DNA from: an uncultured Chitinophagales bacterium
Lineage (GTDB): Bacteria > Bacteroidota > Ignavibacteria > UBA10030 > UBA6906
Reading direction: 5' to 3'
DNA length: 64,000 nucleotides
NCBI GenBank assembly: GCA_964539775.1
Contig: CAZIKE010000002.1
Coordinates: forward strand, 7,273 to 71,272
Part shown: one piece after another, positions 29,230-38,921 of the stretch
Layout of the letters: each line of letters starts with the position of its first letter
Position numbering within the stretch: position 1 is the first letter of the stretch
Notes under the pieces: generated by a model
What the model was told of the DNA's origin: nothing
What the model saw: only the letters and a program-made list of their open reading frames with translations
Database searches by the model: none
Made by a program: the position numbers and the translations under genes

Positions 29230-30339
29230 ATGGCAAAAACTGCGTCAACGGTCCATGTAAGACCGGGGAAGGCCTCTCCACTTGATCCCTTGATCGAAAA
29301 ACTGAATTCCTTCTCTGCCGACAACTACTGGGATCTCGGCAAGTTCTTGGTGGAGAAAGTGATTCCTGCCGCACTCAAGGAAGGAATCTTCGGCGAGCAG
29401 ATCTTGAAGCGCATGGCAGATGTGCCGGGCTTCAAGTTCCCCTACCACATGCTGAAGCAGTGCCAGATGTTCTACACCTACTATCCGGATGTCGAGAAGC
29501 GTCCGCTGCCGGAGATGTTTTACTTCGAGCTGGCGACGAAGGTGGACGACAGCAAGAAGCGCTCGGAGTACGAAAAGATGGCGCTGGCCCACAAATGGAC
29601 GATCTCCGATTTGCAGCGCAAGATTCGGGAAGATGAACTTGCACGCCGCGAGGACGAGAAGACTCGTTTCGGGTTCGACCTGAAGGAGCGGAACGTGTGG
29701 TCCTTTGAAGCACCCGACCCTCGGTTCGGGAAACCGGGATACAAAGGTCGGCTGCCGGGGCAGGTAATTGCCAATGCATTGTTCTACTACACCGAGCCGG
29801 GGTGGTTCGTCGTTGATCCGATGGCCGGAAGCGGCACGATGGGCGATGTGGTCTCGACGATCCCGTACTTCGCAAACCTTACGTGCACGATGTATGACAT
29901 CGCGCCGAGCGACGAGCGCATCCAGCGCGCCAACATCTTGCAAACGGGTATCCCCGAACCGTCGGGCACGGTCAACTACGTCTTCCTCGATCCGCCGTCC
30001 GATTTCTACCCGAAAGCAGATGACCCGGAGTTCTCTGCCGCCGCGGCAAAAGCAGAAACGATGATGAAGTTGAAAACGATTCTGCGTGAAGGCGTACGCG
30101 TGCTGAAGTCCCGAGGCCGTCTTTCGATCATCGTTGAGGTCACCATCGGCAACTTCGGCTTCATTGACTTTCCGTCCGAGATTTCCGCCGTCATGAAAGA
30201 GTTGGCGATGATCCCTATCGGCAAAGTGTACCTGCCGAAGCGAGGGGAGGCCGCACGCACTCGTGCTCACGTTACCACCGAAGGACCGAAGCCGATGGCA
30301 AGTGAGTGCAGAGAGTTGCTCACGTTCGAGAAGCCATAG
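29230..30339 (+). CDS. SAM-dependent methyltransferase-like protein (N6/N4 nucleic-acid MTase-like motifs, degenerate motif IV DPPS) with uncharacterised ~180-aa N-terminal domain
   Basis: NVWSFEAPDPRFGKPGYKGRLPGQVIANALFYYTEPGWFVVDPMAGSGTMG resembles the HPAxKP...VLDPFAGSGTT block of PF01555 and motif I of RlmL-like RNA MTases. Beta-2 acidic residue MYDIAPSDE. Motif IV position reads NYVFLDPPSDFY (Ser instead of the usual aromatic). Confidence 0.5.
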   Translation: MAKTASTVHVRPGKASPLDPLIEKLNSFSADNYWDLGKFLVEKVIPAALKEGIFGEQILKRMADVPGFKFPYHMLKQCQMFYTYYPDVEKRPLPEMFYFELATKVDDSKKRSEYEKMALAHKWTISDLQRKIREDELARREDEKTRFGFDLKERNVWSFEAPDPRFGKPGYKGRLPGQVIANALFYYTEPGWFVVDPMAGSGTMGDVVSTIPYFANLTCTMYDIAPSDERIQRANILQTGIPEPSGTVNYVFLDPPSDFYPKADDPEFSAAAAKAETMMKLKTILREGVRVLKSRGRLSIIVEVTIGNFGFIDFPSEISAVMKELAMIPIGKVYLPKRGEAARTRAHVTTEGPKPMASECRELLTFEKP

Positions 30340-30350
30340 GAGGAAACCCG

Positions 30351-30641
30351 ATGGCTGAACGGAAGAAACTCACCGATACGGAAATCGCGTCATCCCTCCA
30401 AGCACTCAGCGGCTGGACGATCGAAAACGGCAAGCTGCACAAGGAGTTCCGTTTCAAGAACTTCAGCGAAGCGTTCGGCTTTATGGCGCGCGTGGCACTG
30501 ATTGCCGAAACCATGAACCACCACCCGGAATGGTTCAACGTGTACAACAAGGTCGTTATGGACCTGACGACGCACGACGTCGGCGGTATCAGCAACCTGG
30601 ATTTTGAGTTTGCAAGGAGGGTGGAAAAGCTTATCGCATAG
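30351..30641 (+). CDS. phhB: Pterin-4-alpha-carbinolamine dehydratase (PCD/DCoH)
   Basis: ETMNHHPEWFNVYNKVVMDLTTHDVGGIS: PCD signature [EDKH]-x(3)-H-[HN]-P-x(5,6)-Y-x(3)-[LIVM]-x(3)-H. GGAGG RBS 7 nt upstream of the ATG. Confidence 0.88.
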   Translation: MAERKKLTDTEIASSLQALSGWTIENGKLHKEFRFKNFSEAFGFMARVALIAETMNHHPEWFNVYNKVVMDLTTHDVGGISNLDFEFARRVEKLIA

Positions 30642-30885
30642 GAGGTGGTTGGCAGTCATCGGCTTCGTGCGTTGACATACTGCAAGAGTTGGGACGCAAT
30701 CTCCCCCGTACTTCCTTCCATTCAAGATCCCAAAGCAATCTTGGCCCCCCTAGGTGAGCACACGTCCGATGATATAGTCAGCGTCCTTCTCCCACGTCAG
30801 CGCCTTGAAGTCCACGTCCCAGAAAACCCACTTGAGTCGGGAGCGGAGGGGAAGTGCCTTTGCGCGCTGGTTTGTTTGTTCTCTT

Positions 30886-31485
30886 CTATTTTGTGAATGA
30901 CTCTACAAGCGAGTTGAACTCTCTCTCGGCCGCAGCAACTGTCTTCGCCGGGCCTGTCAGCTTGAAAAACACCGAGCCTTCCGGCGCCGCGACGATTGCT
31001 CCGAGCAGCCTATAGTTCTCGTGCTTGCCTGTAGATTGCATCATTGGTCCTGCAGGGGCAAGATACGTCCCGGCAATCTTCACGGTTACGACCTTCATTC
31101 CGTTCACTTCTTTCTCTGCTTGTTCAGGCCCTTTCGGGTTCTCGAACTGCTGGACCCACCGGTCAATATTCATCTGCACGTCGCCTCCCTGCCCACTGCC
31201 GAAGAAGAACACGCCGCATTCGGCGCCCTCGGCATCGCCGCTTGCAGCCGGGATGGTGTACGTCGCAACGCGCATCTGTCGTGCGGGGCCCGCGCTCCAC
31301 GAAGCGGGGACTGTCCAGCGGACGCCGGCAACGGCGCTCACCATCTCGCCGCTGATATCAGGATGCCCGGGGGGCAACTGCTGTTGCGTGAGTTCAGGAG
31401 GTGGGGGCGGCGCTTGCTGTTGCTTTGACTCGCAAGCGGAGAAAAGCATGCCGGCGATCATCAGGAGAGCCATACTGATCTTCAT
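30886..31485 (-). CDS. Hypothetical lipoprotein
   Basis: Start at internal MKISMALLMIAGMLFSAC (lipobox), followed by a Q/P-rich linker. No recognisable family. Confidence 0.4.
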   Translation of the reverse strand: MKISMALLMIAGMLFSACESKQQQAPPPPPELTQQQLPPGHPDISGEMVSAVAGVRWTVPASWSAGPARQMRVATYTIPAASGDAEGAECGVFFFGSGQGGDVQMNIDRWVQQFENPKGPEQAEKEVNGMKVVTVKIAGTYLAPAGPMMQSTGKHENYRLLGAIVAAPEGSVFFKLTGPAKTVAAAEREFNSLVESFTK

Positions 31486-31578
31486 TCGTACATCCTTTCG
31501 ACCATTGTTGCGTCTTTGGTGTGGAGATATGATAGGGGATTTGCCGATGGCAATCAAATGAAAGCTCCGATAGGGAAT

Positions 31579-32319
31579 TCAATGCGAGGAGAGTTGCTGG
31601 AGCCGCCTTTCGGCGTCGGCCTTGTTCTGAATGTCTCGTGCCGTTATGATGGGCAGGTTTATGACGCGGGCAAACTCCTCGCGGGCGAGTTCTTCTTTTC
31701 CCCAATCCCAATACAACATGCCCAATTCGTAGTGATGACGTGGAGCAGCGGAATTCAATTCAATGGCTTTCTTCAATGCCCGCTCTCCCTCTTCGAACGA
31801 TCCCTCGGGGAGCCGTCCAAGAAAGATCGCCGCAAGCTGACGTTCGAGCCAACTCAGCCCGCCGAGTGCCCGATGAAAGGAACCGAGAATGGAGTACGCA
31901 ATATCGTTTGCGGGGTTGAGCTGGATGGCGCGGTTGAGTTCATGCAAGATGGTGTGTGCGTACCGGACTTTCGTTTTTCCGCCAACATGCAAGGCGACGC
32001 TTCCCAGTGCCGCTGCGTACCACGTGTGCGTATCGGCTGAAAGCGAGTCGAGCTGGACGGCACGCTGCGCGTACTGCTCTGCTTCACGGTACAGTCGCTC
32101 GCTCACTTCACCCTCTTCCACATCTCCCATACAAATCAGCACGCGTGCAAGGCGCCAGAGTATTGCGGCTGAATGCGTTTGGCTCAGAGCCGAGCGATAC
32201 GCCTCAACCGCGCTGTCGTAGTGAAGTGCGAGAAATGCAGAATCGCCCCGGACCATTGGATCCGGGCGCTCCTGTGCGTGCAGTGAAGATGCAACAAAGG
32301 CGACGAGAATGACTGTCAT
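31579..32319 (-). CDS. TPR-repeat protein with signal peptide
   Basis: Start at internal MTVILVAFVASSLHAQE (signal peptide). Multiple TPR-like helical pairs. ATG lies 1 nt after the stop of the upstream gene. Confidence 0.5.
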   Translation of the reverse strand: MTVILVAFVASSLHAQERPDPMVRGDSAFLALHYDSAVEAYRSALSQTHSAAILWRLARVLICMGDVEEGEVSERLYREAEQYAQRAVQLDSLSADTHTWYAAALGSVALHVGGKTKVRYAHTILHELNRAIQLNPANDIAYSILGSFHRALGGLSWLERQLAAIFLGRLPEGSFEEGERALKKAIELNSAAPRHHYELGMLYWDWGKEELAREEFARVINLPIITARDIQNKADAERRLQQLSSH

Positions 32320-32320
32320 C

Positions 32321-33196
32321 CTATTTCGCCGCCACACGCCTGATCTCCGGTTCGGATGCCGACGACGGGGCTGCTTTGCCGAAGGGTCGAAACGCAAACA
32401 CGAGCTGTCTGAAGTAACCCTCGGGCACGAAGGTCCTGAGTCCGTACTCCTGTGCCTTTTCAGGCGGCAGCCAGGCGGTCCCGAATATCCAGTCCCAGAT
32501 GGCAAGCTTCGTGGCAAAGTTTCGGTTGCGTCCCTTGCTTGGTGTATGGTGCAAGCGATGCATCTCCGGCCCGTTGAGGAAATGCTGCAAGCGACCGGTA
32601 TGCACGTCAAGATTGGAATGGATGTACATGCCCCACACCGCGCTAATCACACCCTTGTAGGAAACAACTTCGGGCGAGGCGCTCAACAGGACAATCGGCA
32701 TGAACTCGACTGTCTGATTGATGAGGATTTCAAGCGCGTGCGAGCGCGAGCCGGAGAGCCAGTCAACTTTTCTCGGCGAATGATGGGCTTCGTGAATGCG
32801 CCAGAGGAACTTGTTGCTGTGCTGCCAGCGATGCATCCAGTAGATGTAGAAGTCGTGCGTGACGGTGAAAAACACCAACTGCGCCCACAACGGCCAGCCG
32901 GACAGCAGCTGCAGGCGCGAGAGCCCCGTCCACGCATCCACCGTGCGGATAATGTAGTTGAAGATGATGATGCCGAGGATGTAACTCTGTGCGATCGTAT
33001 ACAGGGCGAGGTCGTCGAAGAACCCTTCGCGCAGCACCTCCTGCCCCGGATTGTAGGGGAAGATGCGCTCGAGAATGATGAAGAGGATCGCCGCACTCGC
33101 AATCATGATGATGGACGAAAGCTCTGCATCCGACATCCGTGCGAAGTACTGAACAATCCATTGAATGAGATCTGAGATCATGCCTGTTGACTCCAA
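32321..33196 (-). CDS. Fatty acid hydroxylase/sterol desaturase superfamily membrane protein (di-iron His-box enzyme)
   Basis: His boxes HDFYIYWMHRWQH, HEAHHS and HRLHH. Polytopic membrane N-terminal half. Confidence 0.75.
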   Translation of the reverse strand: MESTGMISDLIQWIVQYFARMSDAELSSIIMIASAAILFIILERIFPYNPGQEVLREGFFDDLALYTIAQSYILGIIIFNYIIRTVDAWTGLSRLQLLSGWPLWAQLVFFTVTHDFYIYWMHRWQHSNKFLWRIHEAHHSPRKVDWLSGSRSHALEILINQTVEFMPIVLLSASPEVVSYKGVISAVWGMYIHSNLDVHTGRLQHFLNGPEMHRLHHTPSKGRNRNFATKLAIWDWIFGTAWLPPEKAQEYGLRTFVPEGYFRQLVFAFRPFGKAAPSSASEPEIRRVAAK

Positions 33197-33278
33197 TGCA
33201 CCGAACTATCATCCATCAATCCACCAATCCGTTACTCCATCAATCCATTGATCCACTGCCCCATCGTTCCTCACCCTC

Positions 33279-34184
33279 TCACACTTCCACCTTCTCCTCC
33301 TCTCCGCTCTTCACTCGTCGAAGCTTCTCCCGCTGTTTCAGTTCTTCAGGATAGATGTGCTTCACGCCGTCGCCCAAGGCTTTCTCAATGTCTCTGATGT
33401 TCGATACCAATCGCATCAGTCCGCCGATTTCGACGGAAGCAGCCTGATCGCTTCCCCACATTGCGCGGTCGAGCGTAATGTGCCGCTCGACGAACGTAGC
33501 GCCGAGCGCAACTGCCGCCCACGTTGGCGAGAGGCCGGTCTCGTGTCCCGAGTAGCCGATGGGGCAATCGGGATAATGCCACTTCAGGGTGTGGATCATC
33601 CGCAGGTTCAGTTGTTCCGGCGGACAGGGGTAGGTTGACGTTGCGTGTGCGATGAGCAGATGTTTTCTGCCGAGAATGTTCACGGCTCTGTCGATCTCTT
33701 CCAGTGTTGACATACCTGTGGAGAGAATCAACGGGCGCCCGGTCGAGCGGTACTCGAGCAAGAGGTCAACGTCGGTGAGGGAGGCCGAGGCAATCTTGTA
33801 GCAGGGCGGGTCGAACTGCTTCATGAACTCCACCGACTCCTCGTCCCAGCAGGAGGCGAACCACAGGATGCCTCGCTCTTTGCAGTGACGGTCAATCGCT
33901 TCGTACTCGCTCTGGCCGAACTCGACTTTATGCCGGTAGTCGATATACGTCATGCGTCCCCAGGGCGTATCGCGCTCGATGTACCATTGGTCTTTGGGTA
34001 CACACTTTTCGGGCGTGCGCTTCTGAAACTTGACGGCGTCGCAGCCTGCAAGCACTGCGCCGTCAATCAGCTTTCTGGCAATGGCGAGTGAGCCGTTGTG
34101 GTTAATGCCGATCTCGGCGATTACAAACACAGGCTGGCCGTCCCCTACAAGCCTGTCTCCAATACGCACCACCGCTTGGTTCAT
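33279..34184 (-). CDS. NeuB-family PEP-dependent ulosonic acid synthase (sialic acid/pseudaminic/KDN-9-P synthase-like), lacks C-terminal SAF domain
   Basis: VFVIAEIGINHNGSLAIARKLIDGAVLAGCDAVKFQKRT...GYSGHE: TIM-barrel NeuB signature. Start at internal MNQAVV. Confidence 0.75.
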   Translation of the reverse strand: MNQAVVRIGDRLVGDGQPVFVIAEIGINHNGSLAIARKLIDGAVLAGCDAVKFQKRTPEKCVPKDQWYIERDTPWGRMTYIDYRHKVEFGQSEYEAIDRHCKERGILWFASCWDEESVEFMKQFDPPCYKIASASLTDVDLLLEYRSTGRPLILSTGMSTLEEIDRAVNILGRKHLLIAHATSTYPCPPEQLNLRMIHTLKWHYPDCPIGYSGHETGLSPTWAAVALGATFVERHITLDRAMWGSDQAASVEIGGLMRLVSNIRDIEKALGDGVKHIYPEELKQREKLRRVKSGEEEKVEV

Positions 34185-34210
34185 GCTGCCTCCTTTGGGT
34201 TGTGAAAGAG

Positions 34211-34729
34211 TTACACACGATGTTTCAACAGCCACTCTGCAAAATCTCTAAACGCCCCCTGACCCCCATTGTACTTGCATCTGTAATGCGACACCGGACG
34301 GATGACGGGCATGCCATCCTTTGGCGTTGCGGTGATCCCTTCCCGAGCAATCGCCTGCATAATCTGCAGGTCATTGACGTCGTCGCCGATGTAGGCGAGG
34401 TTTCTCGGGTGAAGCTGTGTTTCCTCCAGGATATGCGGCAGATGCTGTGCCTTGTCCTGAATGCCAAGATAGAGGTAGCGCATGCGAAGCTTCTCCGCAC
34501 GTTTCTTCACGCTCGGCGAGGTCTCGCTGGTGATAATGGCCGTTTCGATGCCCGCCTTGCGTAGCAGCTCGACGCCCATACCATCTCGAATCGAGAAGCG
34601 CTTGAACATCTCGCCGTTCTCGCCATAGTACACGCCCGTATCGGTCAGCACGCCGTCGTTATCTGTAAGCACGAGTTTGAGGTTGCGTGCACGGACTCTG
34701 AGTTCTTTGGTTGAGAGTTTCTTATTCAT
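34211..34729 (-). CDS. HAD-IIIA KdsC-family phosphatase (Kdo-8-P/KDN-9-P/NeuAc-9-P phosphatase-like)
   Basis: LVLTDNDGVLTDTGVYY, ...YIGDDVNDL...: KdsC/YrbI family motifs I-IV. Confidence 0.75.
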   Translation of the reverse strand: MNKKLSTKELRVRARNLKLVLTDNDGVLTDTGVYYGENGEMFKRFSIRDGMGVELLRKAGIETAIITSETSPSVKKRAEKLRMRYLYLGIQDKAQHLPHILEETQLHPRNLAYIGDDVNDLQIMQAIAREGITATPKDGMPVIRPVSHYRCKYNGGQGAFRDFAEWLLKHRV

Positions 34730-34808
34730 TCTGGTTGAGCGAAGCGAACGAACAATGTCATTGCATAATCATGTGATCAGGCCTTTCGCAAACGGCACTC
34801 AAGGGTCA

Positions 34809-35630
34809 TCACCACGCCGTCCATCCGCCATCTACCACCACATTTGCACCCGTCATGTACGCGGACGCGTCGCTGGCAAGGAAAACGATTGCGCCCTTGT
34901 AGTCCGTCGGTGCGGCCATGCGCCCGAGCGGCGTGCGAGCCGCGTAGTTCCGAACAAAGAACTCATCCTGTGCATTTTCGACGCCACCGGGTGAGAGACA
35001 ATTCACGCGCACGCCCGCACGGCCCCAGTACGCGGCGAGGAATTTGGTAAAGGAGATGATCGCTCCTTTCGTCACGGGATAGGCAGCGGACTTGTAGAAC
35101 ACTTGCTCGCCGTTGGGCTTCTTGTAGAGGGATTGATCAGGCGCGACGATGCCGTACGTCGACGCAATGTTGATAATGCTTCCTCGGCCGGTCTTTGCCA
35201 TCACCGTTCCGATGACTTGCGAGCAGAGGAACGTTCCGGTCACGTTCACGTCCAGCGATTTCTGCCAAAGCTCCAGCGGATAGTGTTCGAACTGCGACAA
35301 CTCCAGCGCCGCCTGCGGGTTCTCGAACGTATCGTTGATGGCCGCGTTGTTGACGAGGACATCCATACGACCGAACTCCTTCAGCACACGGTCGCGCAAC
35401 GATTCCACCGATGGTTTGTGGGTGATATCAACGCCACATCCCAATGCGCGGGGCAAGCCCGTGTGCATCAACTCGGCAGCGAACACGGTACACCTCGGCT
35501 CATCCAGATCGGCCACAACCACATTAGCTCCCGCTTCCGCCAGCGCATAGCAGTGCTGCCTGCCCAACAAGCCTACTGCGCCGGTGACGATCGCTACTCT
35601 TCCTTGAAGCGAAAACAATTCTGTGCTCAT
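34809..35630 (-). CDS. SDR family oxidoreductase (short-chain dehydrogenase/reductase)
   Basis: GRVAIVTGAVGLLG (TGxxxGxG), NNAA, catalytic S...YxxxK (YPVTK). Confidence 0.8.
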   Translation of the reverse strand: MSTELFSLQGRVAIVTGAVGLLGRQHCYALAEAGANVVVADLDEPRCTVFAAELMHTGLPRALGCGVDITHKPSVESLRDRVLKEFGRMDVLVNNAAINDTFENPQAALELSQFEHYPLELWQKSLDVNVTGTFLCSQVIGTVMAKTGRGSIINIASTYGIVAPDQSLYKKPNGEQVFYKSAAYPVTKGAIISFTKFLAAYWGRAGVRVNCLSPGGVENAQDEFFVRNYAARTPLGRMAAPTDYKGAIVFLASDASAYMTGANVVVDGGWTAW

Positions 35631-35669
35631 GCAATGCTTTCTTCCGGATGACGACGGATCGTCATCCCG

Positions 35670-37010
35670 CTACTCTTTTACGACCTTGGGCTTGATGTTG
35701 AAGTTGCTCGTTTTGCGGAACACCGGCTCCACGCACTCGCCGCGCATGTAGCCGCGCACGTTGTTTTCCTCGACCGCCTTCTTCAGGATCGGCAGCACGT
35801 CGCGGTACGCCTTCAGTGTGTAGGCGACGTCCTCTTCGGTGTGTGAGAAGCACATCGTATGGAAGCCGCTCCAGAGAATGCCGCGCTTGAACAGCTCCTG
35901 TTGCAGGAGCGATTTCATTTCTAGCGGGTTTCCAGCGCTTGCGTCAAAGCTAACGATGGAGCGGAACCCGAACCCCGAGCACTTCGTGTAGCTCATGCCC
36001 AGCTCCGCAGCGATGGCGTTGTACCCATCGCGCAGTTTGCTGCCGAGCCTGTCGAGATGCAGGGTCACCCGCTTGGAGCGGATCTCGTTGATGGTTGCTT
36101 TCACTGCTGCAAGCGACAGCGCCTCGCCACCGAAGGTGGTGAAGAAGAAGACATCCTTTTCGAACAGCGCCATCACGTCGCGACGCCCGCAAAGAATGCC
36201 GATGGGCATGCCGTTCGCTACGGCTTTCGAATAGGTGGCAAGGTCGGCCTTCACGCCGAAGAACTCTTGTGCACCGCCAAGCGCGATACGAAAACCCGTC
36301 CACATCTCGTCGAAGATCAGGAGCGAGCCGTTGTGCTCACACACTTCTTTCAGGCGATGCAGAAAGTTCTCGCGCGGCGGCTCGAACACCATGGGCTCTA
36401 CAATCACCGCCGCCGTGTCGCTGTCCATCGAGTCCACCACCGACTGGATGTCGTTGTAGTTGAACGTGAACGTCAGGTCCTGCACCGCCTGCGGGATGCC
36501 CTTGTTCCGGTCGGTAACGCTGATGTACCAGTCATGCCAGCCGTGGTAGCCGCAGCAAAGAATTTTGTTGCGCCCCGTGAATGCGCGCGCAACGCGCACC
36601 GCTGCGCTCGTGACGTCCGCGCCCGTCTTGCTGAAGCGAACGCTCTCCGCATTCGGCACCACCTCGCGCAGCAACTCGGCCACCTCCACCTCCAGCGGAT
36701 GCATCATCGAAAAGGTGATGCCATCGGCAAGCTGCGCTTTGATGGCGTTATCCACGGCCTCGTAGCAATAGCCGAGCGAAATGGGCCCGATCGCCATGTT
36801 GTAGTCAATGTACTCGTTGCCGTCCACGTCCCACACATGCGCCCCCTTGCCGCGGGCGATGTACTTCGGCGCAACGCCGCGCGTGTACTGCCCCGGTCCC
36901 TTGGCAAGCGTCTGCGTCAGTGCCGGAATCAAACCGAGTGCACGGGCATAGAGCTTGTCCGATTCGGTAATGGTCGGATAGTGTGAATTGAAAGCGATGG
37001 TGTTTGGCAT
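35670..37010 (-). CDS. Class III PLP-dependent aminotransferase (glutamate-1-semialdehyde aminomutase-like)
   Basis: HemL-like N-terminus (GGAQ...RGKGAHVWDVDGNEYIDY), LIFDEMWTGFR. 446 aa. Confidence 0.75.
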   Translation of the reverse strand: MPNTIAFNSHYPTITESDKLYARALGLIPALTQTLAKGPGQYTRGVAPKYIARGKGAHVWDVDGNEYIDYNMAIGPISLGYCYEAVDNAIKAQLADGITFSMMHPLEVEVAELLREVVPNAESVRFSKTGADVTSAAVRVARAFTGRNKILCCGYHGWHDWYISVTDRNKGIPQAVQDLTFTFNYNDIQSVVDSMDSDTAAVIVEPMVFEPPRENFLHRLKEVCEHNGSLLIFDEMWTGFRIALGGAQEFFGVKADLATYSKAVANGMPIGILCGRRDVMALFEKDVFFFTTFGGEALSLAAVKATINEIRSKRVTLHLDRLGSKLRDGYNAIAAELGMSYTKCSGFGFRSIVSFDASAGNPLEMKSLLQQELFKRGILWSGFHTMCFSHTEEDVAYTLKAYRDVLPILKKAVEENNVRGYMRGECVEPVFRKTSNFNIKPKVVKE

Positions 37011-37084
37011 TGCCTCCTCCGTTTTCGCTGGGTTCAGGACTCAGGGGTTCAGGGTTCAAGCAGGTCTTGCCTGAACCTTGAAAC

Positions 37085-38041
37085 CTATACATGTCCTACT
37101 TCAATCAGATTGAGGATTCGTTTCGTCATCTGGGGCCCGGTAAAACCCTCATACTCCAACACGTCGTTCAACAGCGCGGGTTTGAACCAGCGGTTTTCCA
37201 ACGCAACCGGATATACGCTACACATGGTTTGATGCTTTACCAGTACCTCGCTCACGATCGTGAAAAGGCCCCCGGTCAGGAAATGATCCTCGATCGTTAC
37301 GAGCATCTGTGTGTCTCTCGCAGCGGCGAGAATTGCCTCCTCGTCCACCGGCGAGAGTGTGCGCATATTGAGCACACGTGCCTCGATGCCTTCCTGTGCC
37401 AGCAGCTCGGCTGCGTTCATGACTTCTCGAAGGAGAAACCCATACGAGAGCAACGCAACATCATCCCCATCCTTCAGCACTTCTGCTTTACCGATTTCGA
37501 ATACGCTGTTGTGCTCGAATGTTCTCGGCAGCGCGTTGTAGCGCATGTACGCCGGATGAGGATCGGCAACCATCGCAGCGAGCGCCTCGGCCTGTTCTTC
37601 GGCGTCGGTTGGGCACAGCACACGCATGGCGGGAATGCCGCGCAGAATCGAGACATCCTCGATCGCTTGATGCGTGGGACCATTCGCTTCGGAGAGAAAC
37701 CCTGCCACGGCACCCACGAGCTTCACCGGCAAACCCGAAATGCCCACATCCGTGCGGATAAACTCGAACGCGCGCATCGTCAGAAACGTAGCCAACGCAT
37801 GGCAGATCGGGATGCGGCCGCGCAGCGCAAGTCCCGCCGCCGTGCCGATCATGGTCTGCTCCGCGATCCCGAAATCAATGAACCGGTTGCCCAACAAGCC
37901 GGTGATGTTGCGCATCGCCGCGCGATTCTCGGCGGTCAGGACGACGATGTCATCTCGCTGGTCGACAAGGCGTTTGAGTTGTTCTTCGTACGTCATAAAC
38001 CTCTTTGTTCCGGATGGATTCTCGATTCCTGCATCCTGCAT
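37085..38041 (-). CDS. Transketolase C-terminal subunit (pyrimidine-binding + C-terminal domains) of a split transketolase
   Basis: 318 aa: Transket_pyr/Transketolase_C-like (FGIAEQTMIGTAAGLAL...). Immediately downstream of the N-terminal subunit gene. Confidence 0.75.
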   Translation of the reverse strand: MQDAGIENPSGTKRFMTYEEQLKRLVDQRDDIVVLTAENRAAMRNITGLLGNRFIDFGIAEQTMIGTAAGLALRGRIPICHALATFLTMRAFEFIRTDVGISGLPVKLVGAVAGFLSEANGPTHQAIEDVSILRGIPAMRVLCPTDAEEQAEALAAMVADPHPAYMRYNALPRTFEHNSVFEIGKAEVLKDGDDVALLSYGFLLREVMNAAELLAQEGIEARVLNMRTLSPVDEEAILAAARDTQMLVTIEDHFLTGGLFTIVSEVLVKHQTMCSVYPVALENRWFKPALLNDVLEYEGFTGPQMTKRILNLIEVGHV

Positions 38042-38063
38042 CCAGCACCGCCCCGTGCTTTCG

Positions 38064-38921
38064 TCACCGAACGACCAGCGTCTCCGACGACAATGCGGCC
38101 TTCCCCTCGCCGTGCAATTCCTTCAGCAGGGCTTCAATCTCTGCATGAGTGAAATTCACGAACCATCTGTTGGCTTGTCGCTCGATGCTCGGCAATCCTT
38201 TGCCGCGCACGGTGTCGGCGATGATAACGTTTGGCTTCCCTTCTGCGATCGGAAATGTCGCGAACACCTTCTCCATCTCCTCGAAGGAGTGTCCGTTGAC
38301 GCGCTTTACCGACCAGCCGAATGTCTCGAACTTGTTCTCCAACGGCTCGATCGGAATCAACTCCTCCGTCCGAACGTTGGCTTGAAACTCGTTGCGATCG
38401 ACGATGGCAATGAGGTTATCGAGCTTGTATGCTGCGGCGACGAGGCTCGCCTCCCAGACGGAGCCTTCGTTCAACTCGCCGTCACCGAGGAGGACGAACA
38501 CGCGATTGGACCCGCTTCGCATCTTGATGTCGAATGCTACGCCCATCGCCACCGAAAGAAGATGGCCGAGCGAACCGGAATAGAACTCCACGCCGGGGAT
38601 GTTCCTGTTCGGATGCCAGTAGATGAAGTCGTTGGTCTTCAGATGATTCCTCAGGCGGTCTCGGGCGAAGAATCCCAGCTCGGCAAGCGTTGCATAGAGC
38701 GCAGGCACATCGTGCCCCTTCGAGAGAAAGAAGTAATCCCGCGACGGGTCGTGGACTCTTTCCGGCGAAACGTTGAGCACGTGTGTGTACAGATAGACGA
38801 TCAAGTCCGCGCACGAAAGCGAGGCGCCGATGAAGCAGCCGCCGTCCGTTGCCATGCGGAGAATGTGCTCGCGAACGCTGAGCGCGAGGTGTTCAAGTTC
38901 GTGTTGTTGCGTCGGGTTCAT
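38064..38921 (-). CDS. Transketolase N-terminal subunit (TPP-binding domain) of a split transketolase
   Basis: 285 aa: GGCFIGASLSCADLIVYLY...FFLSKGH...GSLGHLLSVAMGVA...VLLGDGELNEG: TK N-terminal TPP-binding motifs. Confidence 0.78.
   Translation of the reverse strand: MNPTQQHELEHLALSVREHILRMATDGGCFIGASLSCADLIVYLYTHVLNVSPERVHDPSRDYFFLSKGHDVPALYATLAELGFFARDRLRNHLKTNDFIYWHPNRNIPGVEFYSGSLGHLLSVAMGVAFDIKMRSGSNRVFVLLGDGELNEGSVWEASLVAAAYKLDNLIAIVDRNEFQANVRTEELIPIEPLENKFETFGWSVKRVNGHSFEEMEKVFATFPIAEGKPNVIIADTVRGKGLPSIERQANRWFVNFTHAEIEALLKELHGEGKAALSSETLVVR

Noticed and set aside
29245-30270. 341-aa minus-strand ORF
   Set aside because: Arg/His-rich shadow opposite the MTase-like gene. The plus strand has SAM-MTase motif I and fits the fbaB/PCD operon with RBS spacing.
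36057-36986. 309-aa plus-strand ORF
   Set aside because: Antisense to the class III aminotransferase gene.
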